Assembly: GCF_009914755.1 (NCBI RefSeq)
Contig: NC_060925.1
Strand: one strand, 5' to 3'
From: the human T2T-CHM13v2.0 reference genome, Homo sapiens
Length of the DNA: 64,000 bases
The stretch's first letter is position 1. Each line of letters opens with the position of its first letter. Shown in pieces: positions 14,225 to 27,523 of the stretch. The position numbers and the translations under genes are program-made. The notes beneath the pieces were generated by a model. That model did not search any database. It had not been told where the DNA came from and worked only from the letters and a program-made list of their open reading frames with translations.

Positions 14225-14511
14225 TAATATGGTTTGGATATCTGTCCCACTCAAATTTAATGTTGAAATGTAACCCCCAATGTTGGAGATGTGGCCTGGC
14301 GGGAGGTGTTTGGGTTGTTTGGGTTACCCTGTGGGGGTCCCCCTTCGCCTTCTGCCATGATTGGAAGCTTTCTGAGGCCCTCGCCAGAAACTGATGCTGT
14401 CCCCATGCTTTCTGTACAGCCTGCAGAACCGTGAACCAAGGAAACCTCTTTTCTTATAAATTACCCAGCCGCAGATATTTCCTTATAACAACATAAGAAT
14501 GGCCTAATACA
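14225..14511. mobile_element. MaLR solo LTR (MST-type), internally deleted
   Basis: ATATGGTTTGGAT...CTTCTGCCATGATTGGAAGCT...ATAAATTACCCAG...CTAATACA. Confidence 0.8.
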
Positions 14512-15774
14512 ACCCTGTTAACACTTTGGTCCAGGAGTCCTTGCTGTCACCTTCTTGCCTCAGTCTGCCTTCATGTCATCTCTATCTTGTCTTAACCTCA
14601 GACAGACAGACAGATAAGGTCTCAAGGAAAGCATTCAGCTCACAGCTTCTCTCTTTCCTTCTTGAAGGTGGATCCCTAATGCCTATGTCCCACTGGCCTG
14701 AGAAAGAAGTGGCATGATAATGGGGGGTGGGGGAGCTTCCCACTCTCAGGTCCTCCTGAGGGGCCAAGGACAAGTCCTCCTGGTCATCCTGAAACCCATT
14801 CCCTGCACCTCTAGGCCTGGACAGACAACAGCTACTGCTCTGACCAGTTCCCACCCTCTGTCACTCCTACGTCATTGTCCCAAACAGGCCCCTGATGCTA
14901 GCTCTCTGCCTCTTCCAAATCATTTTTCATACCCTGCCAAAGGCACGCCCCTCTGCCAGTGTTTGCTTTCCTCTCTAGCTCTTCAAAGCCCACCAAAGGG
15001 CTTCACACTTCTGAGTCCTCATTCTTGTGATTCCTTCTGCTTGAAACATGTTCTTCCCTTTGTGCATCTGGAAAATGCCTACTCTTTCTTCAAGCACCAA
15101 CTCAAGCTCCTGCTCTGTGAAGTCTTCTCTGATTCCCTTGGGTGGACCTGACAGCTCCCCATGCTGAGCTGCAGCCTGACAATCTATATTCACTTACCCT
15201 TCTGTATTCAAATGACCTGTTGACGTGCTTGGACTGTGAGTTTGTGAAGGGAAAGGGCTGTGTCTTAAGCATCTTTATATCATCACGGCTTAGCAAAACA
15301 CCTGCCCTCCCAGTGTGTACTCCACCAAATGTTTGCTAAATGAATGGCTGAATTCTCACAGGCGCCACTGAGGTGTGTGTCCAGTTCAAGTGCCCTCCCC
15401 TCTGAGTCCCCTCCCCCTACGACCCAGCCCCTGGTTTTCTTATCACCCTTGAACTCCAAAAGCCCGTCTTGGGTAAGCTGGCCCCACCTGGCCCTAAGTG
15501 CTCCATCCCTGTGACAGGTTTGTGCTGCTCTCTCCTGACATTGTCTTCATCTCTACGTGAGTTACTCTCACTCTCTATCATGTTGCTCAGAGACAGAGCA
15601 GAGCCTTGACTCCACGGGGCCACTCTCTTCCTCCCCGCAGAACCTAGCTCTGGGTGGGGTGTGTGATCGACCTTCAGCTGAGCGTGACAACTGCGTGTCT
15701 GTCAGACAGAAGAGGCACCTCTGCGGAAGAGGGCCTCCCCTTGACCAGACGCCAGGGAGAAAGAGCCTTATACA

Positions 15775-15880
15775 GAAGTTACAATGAGCTGAGGTTGCGC
15801 CATTGTACTCCAGCCTGGGCAACAAGAGTGAAACTCCATCTCAAAAAAAAAAAAAAAAAAAAGAAAAGAAAGAAAAAGAA
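15775..15880 (+). mobile_element. 5'-truncated Alu (3' end of the right arm) with TSD
   Basis: Only the last ~70 bp plus the A tail. Flanked by AGAAAGAGC(C/T)TTATA. Confidence 0.85.
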
Positions 15881-18800
15881 AGAGCTTTATAAATGGTGCA
15901 GCCAACAGCATATGCGGCTCAGACCGGGGGGATCAAGGATTCTGCAAAAAAAAGCCTTGCTTTTGTTTAAGAATAGATCCTCTGTTAATTTTTCCCTTTG
16001 GGAATCTGTGACATAAAAGCCACCCTTTTTCTCCTCCTGTCTCTTCCTATCTGCCAAGTTCTTTGTACCTAACACTGAACTGAAGCTGAAATAAGCAAGG
16101 GAAAAAAAATGTCTTTTCACAATGTCATCACAACTCTGAGGACACATTAACGGGATGGAGGCGGTGCCCTGGATGACAGCATGGGCCTGTGTCATGCTGC
16201 AGCCCATCTGGTCAGCGCAGCCCCTCCTGTAGCATAGGAAGAGAGCAGAGACCCCATTTGTGAGCAAAAGCCTGGCTCTCTGGTCACTGACACCCCCCCA
16301 TACCCAGGGGCTAGCTTTCAGGACAGGACCCAAAATGCTTTAACACTCTACTCTGCAATGTGAACTCTGGCACATCCCTTTACTTTCTGAGTCTCAGCTT
16401 CCTCATCTGCAAAATGTGACCTCCCATAGTGGCTCCGTCTTTCTCCTCCAGCCCAGAAGTGTGAAATGAGAGGATATGGGGAAAGCTCACTAAGGTTTTT
16501 ATTCATTCCTTAGCAGTGATGGCCCTGTTGTTATGCTCTGTCCTGCCCCCGTGGGCGGCACAGTCGAGGGTCTGGAACAGGCTGGGACTGCATAAGGCAG
16601 GGGACAGCAGCAGGTCCTCCCTGTTCCCCCTGCAAGGATACTCCGATTCGGTCCCCTGGACAGCAACCAGGTATCAAGTGGAGAAATGTGTCAAGTTGGA
16701 GATGAGAGATAGCTACAGAGGGATTTGGCTCTAAACCCAAAATCCTGAATTGCATTTTCCTCTCTGTTAAGCAAGCATTACTCATCCATCACCCACGCCT
16801 GCGATTTTACATGAGACCTTGAAGAGAGAGATCTGCAGCCCAAGGAACAAGAGGACATATTCGTTTGCAGCAAGAAGGTCTCCGACTAGAGAGCAGGAAG
16901 AACTTCCTGATGGTGGAAGGAGCTTGTGAAATGCTGAAAGGGATGGTTGAGGGCACTGGCCCATCCACGGGGTCTTTTAGAACTGGTGAGCATGGTCTGA
17001 GTTGAGTTTTCATTCTTAAAGTAGAGATGTCCCCGGGTGGCCTCCTCACCCAGCCTCGGATGGTGACGGGAGTCACAAAGACAGTGTGGTGGGGGAAAGA
17101 TCCAAATGGGGAGTCAGGACATGGTGTTCTAGATGTGGCCTGCAGCTCCAGGAAGGTTAACGGCTCACGGAGCAGCTCCAATGGGCCAGCCTCAGCAAGG
17201 GAGGGAACTTTCAACCCCCTTGTGGAGCCCGCCCCCAGACTGAATCTCCTGAGACCCCTGAATTACTGGATCTGATCTATAAGGGAAGGGATCACTCTCC
17301 TCCCTGCTGAGCTGTGATCAGGAAAGGCAGGGGCTGGTGTGGCTGGACCACTCTTAGCCCCCTACTCCCTAAGGAAGGGAAGGAGATTAGCACATACCCC
17401 TGAGCATACATATTGAGCCCACCACCTCACATGTGCAATGATAAGCCTCAGATCCTCCCTCAACACAAACACGTGTGCACACGTGTGCATACACACACAG
17501 ATATTCCCATAACCCATCCCCCATCAGGGACCAGCCAGCTCTCTCAAGCACATGGATGCTGGTGGCTGTAATTCTATCCTGGGATCCCAATAACATAATT
17601 CCTGCAGAGTCAGTGGGGAAAGTGAGGAGGGGATGAGGTGAGCATGGAGTGGGGAGAAGAGACCAAGGGACTATCTTGGCAAACAGCTCTGTGGAGTGGC
17701 CTTGTGGGAGGAGTCCGGCTCCACAACTCACTAGCCGTGTGACCTCAGGCAAGTCATTTAATCCCTCTGAGCACCCCTTCCTCATCTGCATACTAAGGTT
17801 GTTCTACAGAGTTATTTTGAGTGTCCAGGGGGCAGGGAACACTGTGGGGGAGCAGGGTTTAACTCATTCTCTGTCCAGCATCAGCATCCTCCTGATCCTC
17901 TCAGACATCCCAGGGCTGCAGGCTGCTCCTTTACCACTAGTGATTCCTCCTGGTAGTTCCCCAACATTCTGAATGTTGGGCAGTGTAGACACCCCCACAA
18001 GGTAGGTAAGTCAGGTCCCGGAATTAAGGGCCTTTCCCCCTCTCCTGTAAAGTACTTCCCCCGGAAGTGCCCCCCTATCACCCCACAGCTCTGAGTCAGG
18101 GAAATCCAGGAGTCCTACACCTACCAGGAGGGCAGCATGAAACATCTGATTACACAAACCTGCCACAGTCCCTGCTGAATATTTCATACAGGAGCAATGA
18201 TCCATTAGTCACCATCAATTATTCATCTCTGTCAGGGCCAGAGCTGGGGACGCAGCAACGGAACAGCTGGAACTGAGACCTACACCCACTCTGCCTCCAC
18301 TCCCCCTGAAGGCAACCAACAATCTCTCCTACACCCCACCCACCCACGGTCCTACTGAGCGCCCACCTCTGAAAAGTGTATGCAGTCATCAGATGGATAC
18401 TGCCCCACTGAACAGATGCCCAGCAAGTCACAGGCCAAGCTGAGCCTGGGACATAGGAACCTCACAATGAAGATTTCCAAGAAAAGAGAAATAGACACGC
18501 TCTCTTTATCAAGTTTGACAAGCATGCATGGCAGCAGGTTGATGTAGCAGAGGTGGCTGGGCAAAAAGTACTGGGCTGCATGTTCCTGAGAAAGACACCC
18601 ACTGCTAGCCCTGCTCCAGCGCCATTCTAGAGGTCTCCTTTCTTCACAAGAGGTTACAGATACATGGATTCTCAGAGCCAAAGGGAAAAGAGCCTCAAGC
18701 CCAAGCCATCAGTGCTGCATGAGTCCCTCCAGTAATCTAACAGTTTAATGGTCCCTGGCCTCTGCTGAGACATGCTCAAGGACAAGGTGGTCACATCTCC

Positions 18801-19543
18801 TGCGGCAAGCCACCAAGTCTCTGGACGGTTCTAATTCTTCAATATTCATTCGACAACTATTTACTGAGTATCTTCCAAGTGCTAGGCACTGAATAAGGCA
18901 CTGGGTTTACAACTAAAACAGACTAAGTTCTTGCTCTATTAGAATTGTCTTCCTAAGAGTGAAGGAAAACAATTCTAATAGTCTCTGTGTAACTTGTGCT
19001 TCCTTGACCTAGAAGATAAGATCCTCTCTAAGACCCAAAGCCTTGGGCTCACTGCAGTAAGACTAAGTTCCAGGGTCTTGTGCCCTGGAACTGCTCCCGT
19101 ATCTGGGCAATGCTTTTCAGGTCCAGACTTGACCACGGATACTCCTGGTATTTGAGGTTTAAGCCTCCAGTTCTCGCCCTACTCACACATGCACACAACA
19201 GTCTTCTCTGCTAAGCAAGAGTCTGCCTCCACTTCGTCCAGACCCCTCCACCCCCTAAGAAATGGTCACTTGGCATCTCTGAAGGGAGCTTAAAAGCAGG
19301 AGCTTCTTTCTGAAAGGGGAGATAGGCGGTAACCTAAATATTGCCTGAAATTTCCCCTTTTGTGTTCGGCAGGTTGTGGAGGGTTCCAAGTGATCCCACT
19401 CAGTATACAGAGCCTGGGCTAGCTTTCCCATGACCAAAGGGATGACAGTTACACCTTCTGCTCCAGGCTAAGTGCCCTGGGCCAGAAAACAAGGAGGGCT
19501 TGAATTCTCAGTTGGTGAGAGGCATGGTGAAGACATGTAGATT

Positions 19544-20102
<559 letters not shown>

Positions 20103-20940
20103 CTACCGTCTGGCACTCTATTCTCTCTCCCACCATCAAAGCACCCCCAGCCCTCATAGCTCTGGAGAGCTGCCAGTCTCTGCCCAGCACTCCACTCACA
20201 TCTGGCTCCACACCACTCTATCCAGCCATGCTTCCTCCTCCCACTGCAGGCTGTTCCCACTGCAGCCCAGCTCTCCTACTGAAGTGGTGTCACTGCGACA
20301 GAGGGAGGGAGGGAGAGCCCAGATCTGGTACCCTGCTCTGACCTGACATAGAGAAGCCTTGGCTCTCCCCTCTAACCCCTATGTAGCTTGCTCCCCTCCA
20401 GGCGTGCTTATTCAACTCCAGCCTCATTTGGAGGCCCTATCCCCAGCTAAGCTCACATGCCCACTACCTGCCACAAAAACCTACCTAGCCCACCAAGAAA
20501 GGCTGCATTTTGCCTATGGGTGGGGCAGGCAATGAGGTATCTGGGATAATAAATATTACAGGGAAGAGTCCCCTGCTCTAAACATTTCAACAAGCTGGAG
20601 AAAGATGCAAGGCGCTGACTTTGGGAGAACATTGCCAGATTGCAGGACCTGAGGTCATGGCTTTCTATCACCTACAGGTTAAACTGGCCCCACTCTAACT
20701 CAGGCCTTGCATGTTAAGATTACTTTTAAAGACTTTCTGGAAAAGGCAATCATGGACACTCAGGCTCAGAGTGTGATTGAGCTTGGAGCTCATCCTCCTC
20801 ATTTTACAGATGAAAAAGTGGGGCCCGTAAAGAGGAGGTGGCTTGGCTAAGATGTTACAGTCAGTAAAGGGCAGAAACAATGTTATACAACACTAGTTTT
20901 CTCCTCAGCCAGCTTCTACCTCCAAAATTGGAAAGTTAGG

Positions 20941-21066
20941 GCTGGGGGCAGTGGCTCACACCTGTAATCCCAGCACTTTGGGAGACCGAGGTGGGAAGAT
21001 GGCTTGAGCCCAGGAGTTCAAGACCAGCCTGGGCAACATAGTGAGACTTTATCTCTACAAAAAAAA
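20941..21066 (+). mobile_element. Alu left monomer (FLAM-like)
   Basis: GGCTGGGGGCAGTGGCTCAC...ATCTCTACAAAAAA with no right arm. Confidence 0.85.
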
Positions 21067-21305
21067 GTTTTAAAAATATTATTGAAAAAGAAAGAGGAGG
21101 TTAATAAGGCAGGAGAAGGAGGGGGAGGAAGTTAATAGGACTCAGCTTAAAATTTTTTAAAAATTTCAATAGGTTTTGGGGGAACAGATGGTGTTTGGTT
21201 ACATGAATAAGTTCTTCAGTGGTGATTACTGAGATATTGATGCATCCATCACCCGAGCACTCAGCTTTTGACCCTACTGTCTGTGAGCAGAGGAGGGCAG
21301 CACTG

Positions 21306-21326
21306 AGCTCTGTCCATGGTGCTGAA
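21306..21326 (-). promoter_or_regulatory. Canonical RE1/NRSE (REST binding site)
   Basis: Minus strand reads TTCAGCACCATGGACAGAGCT against consensus TTCAGCACCnnGGACAGCGCC. Both half-sites are intact with the canonical 2-bp spacer. Confidence 0.85.
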
Positions 21327-21802
21327 CCTCCCCATCTGGAGAAGCCATGGCTTGCATTTCTAAATACTGTTGGGGTTTCCAGAATTGCACGGGTGCTACG
21401 GAGGATTCAGGGGCAAATTGATGACACAATCCAAGAGGCCATTTAAGTGAAGGTGGCAGAGACTAATTCCAAAGAGATAAATAGGCAGACCATATTTCAA
21501 GACAGATACCCTTCAAGACCATGGGGAAGGGTACAGTGCACAGTTCAAACCTCTCATTTCTACTCATCGCCTGCATCTGGGCATGACCACCTGACCCTAC
21601 AATACTGAGATACAAGTCCTTTCAGAGAAGCTGAGTATGAGAAAACAGCATGACTTATACTGATGACTGAAACAGCCAAAGGGGAAACTTTCTAAGAAGG
21701 AAGCCACTGGAAGGGCAAGAAAAATTTGGAGCATGTGTAACAGGATTTGGGGCGATTTAGATAGGTCCTGCCAAGAGGCTGGAGGTTTGGAATAAAGATC
21801 TT

Positions 21803-21811
21803 TCAAGGTCA
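21803..21811 (+). promoter_or_regulatory. Perfect ERR response element (ERRE)
   Basis: TCAAGGTCA, an exact match to the ESRRA/ESRRG consensus. The motif is short and its function is unproven. Confidence 0.4.
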
Positions 21812-21924
21812 TACCTCCAAAGTCCAGGATCATGACTGTGACCCTCCTGTGGGTCCCTGGAGTCAAGTTTGGGACAGTATCAAAAAAAAGATGCACTGTC
21901 CATTCCTCCTCTTGTTGCTGAGAT

Positions 21925-22341
21925 TGTGTTAGTCCATTTTTGCATTGCTACAAAGAAATACCTGAGGCTGGTAAGTTATATTTTTAAAAGATGTTTAATT
22001 GGCTCATGGTGCTTCAGGCTGTATAGGAAGCATTGCACCAGCATCTGCTTCTGGGAGGACTTCAGAAAGCCTACAATCATGGTGAAAGGTGGAAAGGCAA
22101 GCAGGCACATCACATGGCAAGAGCCAGAGCAAGGTGGGGGGGTGGTGCCACACACTTTTAAACATCCAGATCTCTCATGAACTCAGAGCAAGAACTCACT
22201 CATTACCACGAGGAGGACACCAAGCCATTCATGAGGGATCTGACCCCATTACCCAAACACCTCCCACCCGGCCCCACTTCCAACACTGGGGATCACATTT
22301 CAACAAGTGATTTGGAGGGGATGAACATCCAAGCCATATCA
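21925..22341. mobile_element. MaLR solo LTR (MSTA/B-type)
   Basis: TGTGTTAGTCCATTTT...CCAAGCCATATCA termini, with near-TSD GAGAT/GAGTT. Confidence 0.85.
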
Positions 22342-22721
22342 GAGTTTTATGCATTTTCTAGCATAAATCCTTAGATGCCCCTGGGATACATGTGTAATGG
22401 TATCAGATTTGTGTTAGAAAAAAGGAGCTGAGTCTATCCTGAGCCCCAGACTGGCATTCCTGCTGAAAGAATCTAGAAGCTGCATTCTTCACAAGGCTTG
22501 GACTCTTCTTTTTCCCTTCAATATTGAGGGTGGATGACTGTGGCTTGCTGGCAGGGCAAATGTTCAGCATGTGTAAACAGACCACATACAAAGAGGCTGT
22601 TTTAGTAGGCGATGCACAGAATCCTGAATTTAAGTGGGCAGCCTGCCCACGTGGTGAGGGACACCTGCCTGCCCTATTGCAGGCTTGACTATCATAACTT
22701 AAGTCTCCTGAGGCTGAATTT

Positions 22722-22744
22722 ACACACACACACACACACACACA
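22722..22744. repeat. (CA)n microsatellite
   Basis: About 11 CA units. Confidence 0.9.
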
Positions 22745-22844
22745 AAGCCACACACCATCCCTAACTACAGCAATAACATTACGGCACTGATAAAGGAAGG
22801 GGTTCCGCCCTGCTAAGCCCTATTATGTCCAGCATTATTCACCA

Positions 22845-22977
22845 CCACCTCCTCGTCCTTTCCCTCCTCCTTCTCCTCTTCCTTCTTCTCTTTGTTCCTC
22901 TTTTTCCTCTTCTTCCCCTTCTTATTCCTCCCTCTACCCCTCTCCTCTCCCTCCTCCTCCTCCTTCTCTCCCCTCCG
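22845..22977. repeat. CT-rich low-complexity tract
   Basis: (CCT/CTT)-type polypyrimidine run. Confidence 0.85.
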
Positions 22978-25900
22978 ACACTTTAATATATTTATATAAG
23001 TTGACTGGTTGACAACTGTGCATACATTCTTCTCTCCAACATGTCTATACCCACACTCATATAAACCTTTGGCTGGAAGGAATCATGATAGTCAATTTAC
23101 CTTTTCTCAATATCTATCCTATCCCAGACCAGTCTTCTCTGCGGAAGGTCTCACCCCCTGCTTGGTCTTTTGTTACAATATCTAACCATATTTAGTGTTT
23201 GAAAATTCCTCCTCATATCTACCTAAAATCCTTCATGTTATAGGTTAATCCCATGCCTTTGTGACCTTATGAACCATTTTTTGAAGGTGTAGAGCACCTT
23301 CCTCAGTAGAAGTGGAAAGCAAGTTGTCATTGGACCTTTTGTAATCTGCAGACAGACACAAGCATTAATGCAATACACCCCTGCTCACACACACAGGGAG
23401 ACCTGTGACCCCTGGTAACAACAAAAAGTCTAAGGACACAAAGAACCCTTGGGAGGGCATCTGACCCATCGCCTTGATCTAGAGATATAACTGCCTCAGG
23501 GCCTCCTGAAGAAAAGGCTTCATGGCAGCCCAATCCCACAACTTCAAGGAACCCATCTCCAGCCCTTGTTTCTAGGTCTGAAACATGAAACTCCCTGGCC
23601 TCCCTTACCCTCCAAACCCAGCCTCCCCGGCTCCCGCAGTGTCAGCAACTAATACACTTCTCAGAGCCATATTTATATTATGGCAGGACAAGAGAGCAAA
23701 GGTGTAATTGAACTCGATTTGATTGAGTGTGACAACTGCACAGTTAGCCACAAGTGTCATTGAGAGATGTGAATTGGGGATAGTTTATGGTCAAAAATTC
23801 ATTTCCAAGGGGACCTGACATCTTCCTCTCACAGACATCCAGACAGCACTGACATCAGTGGCAACGTGAGGAGAAGAGATTCATGGACTTGTCTGAGGAA
23901 GAGACCTTGTAAGGTCATCTATCGCCCCTGCCTCCATGCAAAACATCTCCCACTGAAAGGCTCTTTCTCTGCCTTTCTGAAACATTTATATGACACTCTC
24001 CCTTACACCTCTTTAATCACCTGCCAGTTGTCTCAGTGCTATAAGCAAGTGCATCTGCCATGTGCACTCCTCCATTTGTGATACCACGGTCCCGACTCTG
24101 GGCTTGTTCTTCTCCTCCCTCCTGCTCTCTGGAGTTAGTGGACTTTTCAGCCCTGTTTCTAAATTCCTTTCTCAGTCTCCAGTGGAAAAACTATAGTTTG
24201 CCTTTGGAAACGTCTAATGTTTTTCTGAGACTCTGGGAAGGGACTTCAGGGATTTTTCTAGTCAAATCTCCTCATTTTACAAAGGATGGAACACAGAAAA
24301 GAGAGAAAGTGACAAGTTCACGGTCACCTGGGGAACTAGAGGCAGAGCCAGAAATTCCAGTCCCCTTTACAACCCAAATCGTGCCTCCCAGCTCAGAACT
24401 CTTCCTATTGACCCTTCCAGGGGTGGTGTAACATATGTACCAGGTGCACACACCCCTGGCAGTGCCAGAGAGTGGATCTGACACCCCATGAAAAGACCCA
24501 GGATGCCTATGGTGGCTGCCTACAGAGCCCAGACATCATGGTGGCCATGCACCCATCATGTTCCCCACCCTGCTAAGCCCCCATTATAAACACTCAAAGT
24601 ATTAAGCACTTTTTGCTTTATTCCAATGATCATAATTGTAATTAAATAATTGTAATTAAATAAACAATCGCATGATTATTTTAATGTCTTGCTTCCCTCT
24701 GCCTGTAAGAGGCATGAGGGCAGGAACTGTCTGTTCCGTCTTCATCACAGTTGCACAGAGAGCTTGCTCCACGAATGTGTTCCTTGGATAAATGAATGAA
24801 TGACTGAGTGGGAGCCTAGGGAAGTGTGGCCTGAGGCACATGGGAGCCTGACCAGTGTCACACAGATGAAAAGCTGCAAGGCCAGGGGTCCCAGCTTCTA
24901 GTCCTGGCCCCAACACTGAGGAGTGAGTAGACGTAATATCATGAATTTTCCTTCTCTACAGAACTTTGGACAAAAAAAGGCATCTTAGCACTATGGAATG
25001 TATTTGAAGCAGGGGGATCAGGTGAGCTCTTCGCATTGGTGCAAGGATTTAATGAGTCTATCTGCCTTCATCCATACCTTTCCTCCCCATCACCTCTCCC
25101 CCACCACCTCTGTCATTAGGACAGTGACCTAAGTCCCAAGCTTTGGTCCCAGACACATGGTCTCATTCACCTTCCTACCAAGCCCCCATTTCTGAGGACA
25201 ACAGCCCCTATCAATGCTGCCTCCAGTAAGTGTTCCACTAACGGCCGCAGCTGAGCAAGCTTCACTGAGAGCATTAGCTCCTAACGGCAGATGGCAGCTG
25301 CCACAGGGTCTGGAAAGGCAGCAATGGTTGGGGAAGCCACAGGTCCAAAGTCTGCAAGAAAACCACATAACTACAAGGCACCAAGCCAGAACCCAGCCCA
25401 GGATCTCACATGGAGCAGTCCTGAGCCCAGCCGGTAAGTGGCGTGTGGACCAGGAGAGGGGGCCAGCGTCACCTGAGCAGTCTCCTTCCAGCTGGAGATA
25501 AGGCCTCAGGTTCAATTTCATCCCCACTTTCCAAGGAATGTGAGAGGGAGGCACCTCTGCCCATGGGCAACCTGCCAAGAGCCATGTGTGTGGCCTGTTT
25601 GCATCGGTACACGAACTTGTGTAAAGTTGTGAGTCTTCCCTACTCTGAGCCGAATGTCCTGACTTGCTGCGAACCTCACGCAAGAAGGAAATGCTCTCTG
25701 AAAGTAGGGCAATGGCCAAGACCCAGAAGGGGCTGTTTGAGGAATCTGTCCAGTTTATTTGGGAGAAGAAAACAGCCAGAGCCTTGTATCCCAGGACTCA
25801 GGGTCCCAGGGGTCTCGATCTGCTTTAGGTGTCCTCACCACTGACACACACAGACACACACAGCAACTATGTGTGCTGATGAGTGTGCTGATTAATTTGA

Positions 25901-27174
25901 TTGTAATAATCACCATATAAGGTATATGTATGTCAGATCATTACATTGTGCATCTTGAATGTATACCATTTTTATTTGTCAATTACACCTCAATAGAGCT
26001 GGAAAAAATAAAATGTTAAATTTATAAAAAGAAAACCCTACCCTAGGAAGACTGCTCCAGTCTGCCTCCAAGCACTTCCACACTCACTATTGATTTCTTC
26101 CTTGCTGATAGCTGCCAGGCCCAGGGTCTGTCTGCAACACAGCTCCTTGGTACGGACAGGAGGAGCCAGAGGGAAAGAAAACACAGCAGGGGATGCGGGG
26201 AGGGTGAAGGATCAGGGATCCGGTTCCTGCGTTAGCTGGATGACCTCCACAGGGCAGCGTCCAGGGTCTCACCACCCCCCCCCCAAGGAAAGTTCACTCT
26301 GCTCAAGTGACCCCTCTCACCACAGGGAATACTCTCCCTTTCATCTTTTACCATGTCTAGGTCTTTCCCCATGCCTGGTCTAAAATGGGTGCTAGAAGCA
26401 GCCCCTACAGAGAGGTACCTGGACAGCAGTACAGTCAAGGTTGGCCAAGCTGGAGAAGGAGCCACGTGCCAGGGCAATCAATTACCCAGCCCTGTGCCCG
26501 CTGAAGAGCAGAGAGACGTGTGCTCCCCGTTATGCCAGGTATGCCTGGGTAGACATCTGACCTCGTCTGAAGGCGGTTCCTCCACCATCCTGCAGAGCCT
26601 CCCCGCCCTCCGCTTCACTCATCCTCCCAGGAAGAACTGACCACATTCTCTCAGTGCCAGAGCCACAAAAGCCACAGAAGGGACATGAAGACTGCCTGGC
26701 CTTCCTGTGAAAAGAGCAGTCATCCTTGGAGGTTGGAGTGCTAAATGGTAACTACAGCAGGCAGTTGTCTAGGCAGACAGTCCAGACTCTCCATCCAGCT
26801 CTCAGCTTTTCTCTGTGGCCTCTGAACTATGTACACCGACCCCCAGACTCACCAGGCAGAACAGGAAGGGTGGATAGGAATAGGAAATAGGCACTCAGTA
26901 CAGCAAGAAGAATGTGGCTAGACACAAGAAAGAACTTCCTCACTCTTAGGGGTCACCAGGGTTAAGGACTGATTTTACTTCCTAGAGATTGTACTTTCCA
27001 GCAGACAACTCTTAGAGGGCCTGCTCAATGAGGAGCTTTAGGTCCCCTACAAAAGACAGGCCAAGGGAAGCACTTCAGGTCCCCCATTTGTGGAGGATTT
27101 CAGTTCTGAGGGGGCTGGGATCTAGGTTTCCTCTGCATCCAGAGCTGTGTGGATAGAACCAGTAACCAAACTGT

Positions 27175-27523
<349 letters not shown>

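Noticed and set aside
16800-17000. Purine-rich, coding-looking stretch ending in a GTGAGC donor
   Set aside because: No family recognised in any frame and no clear acceptor.
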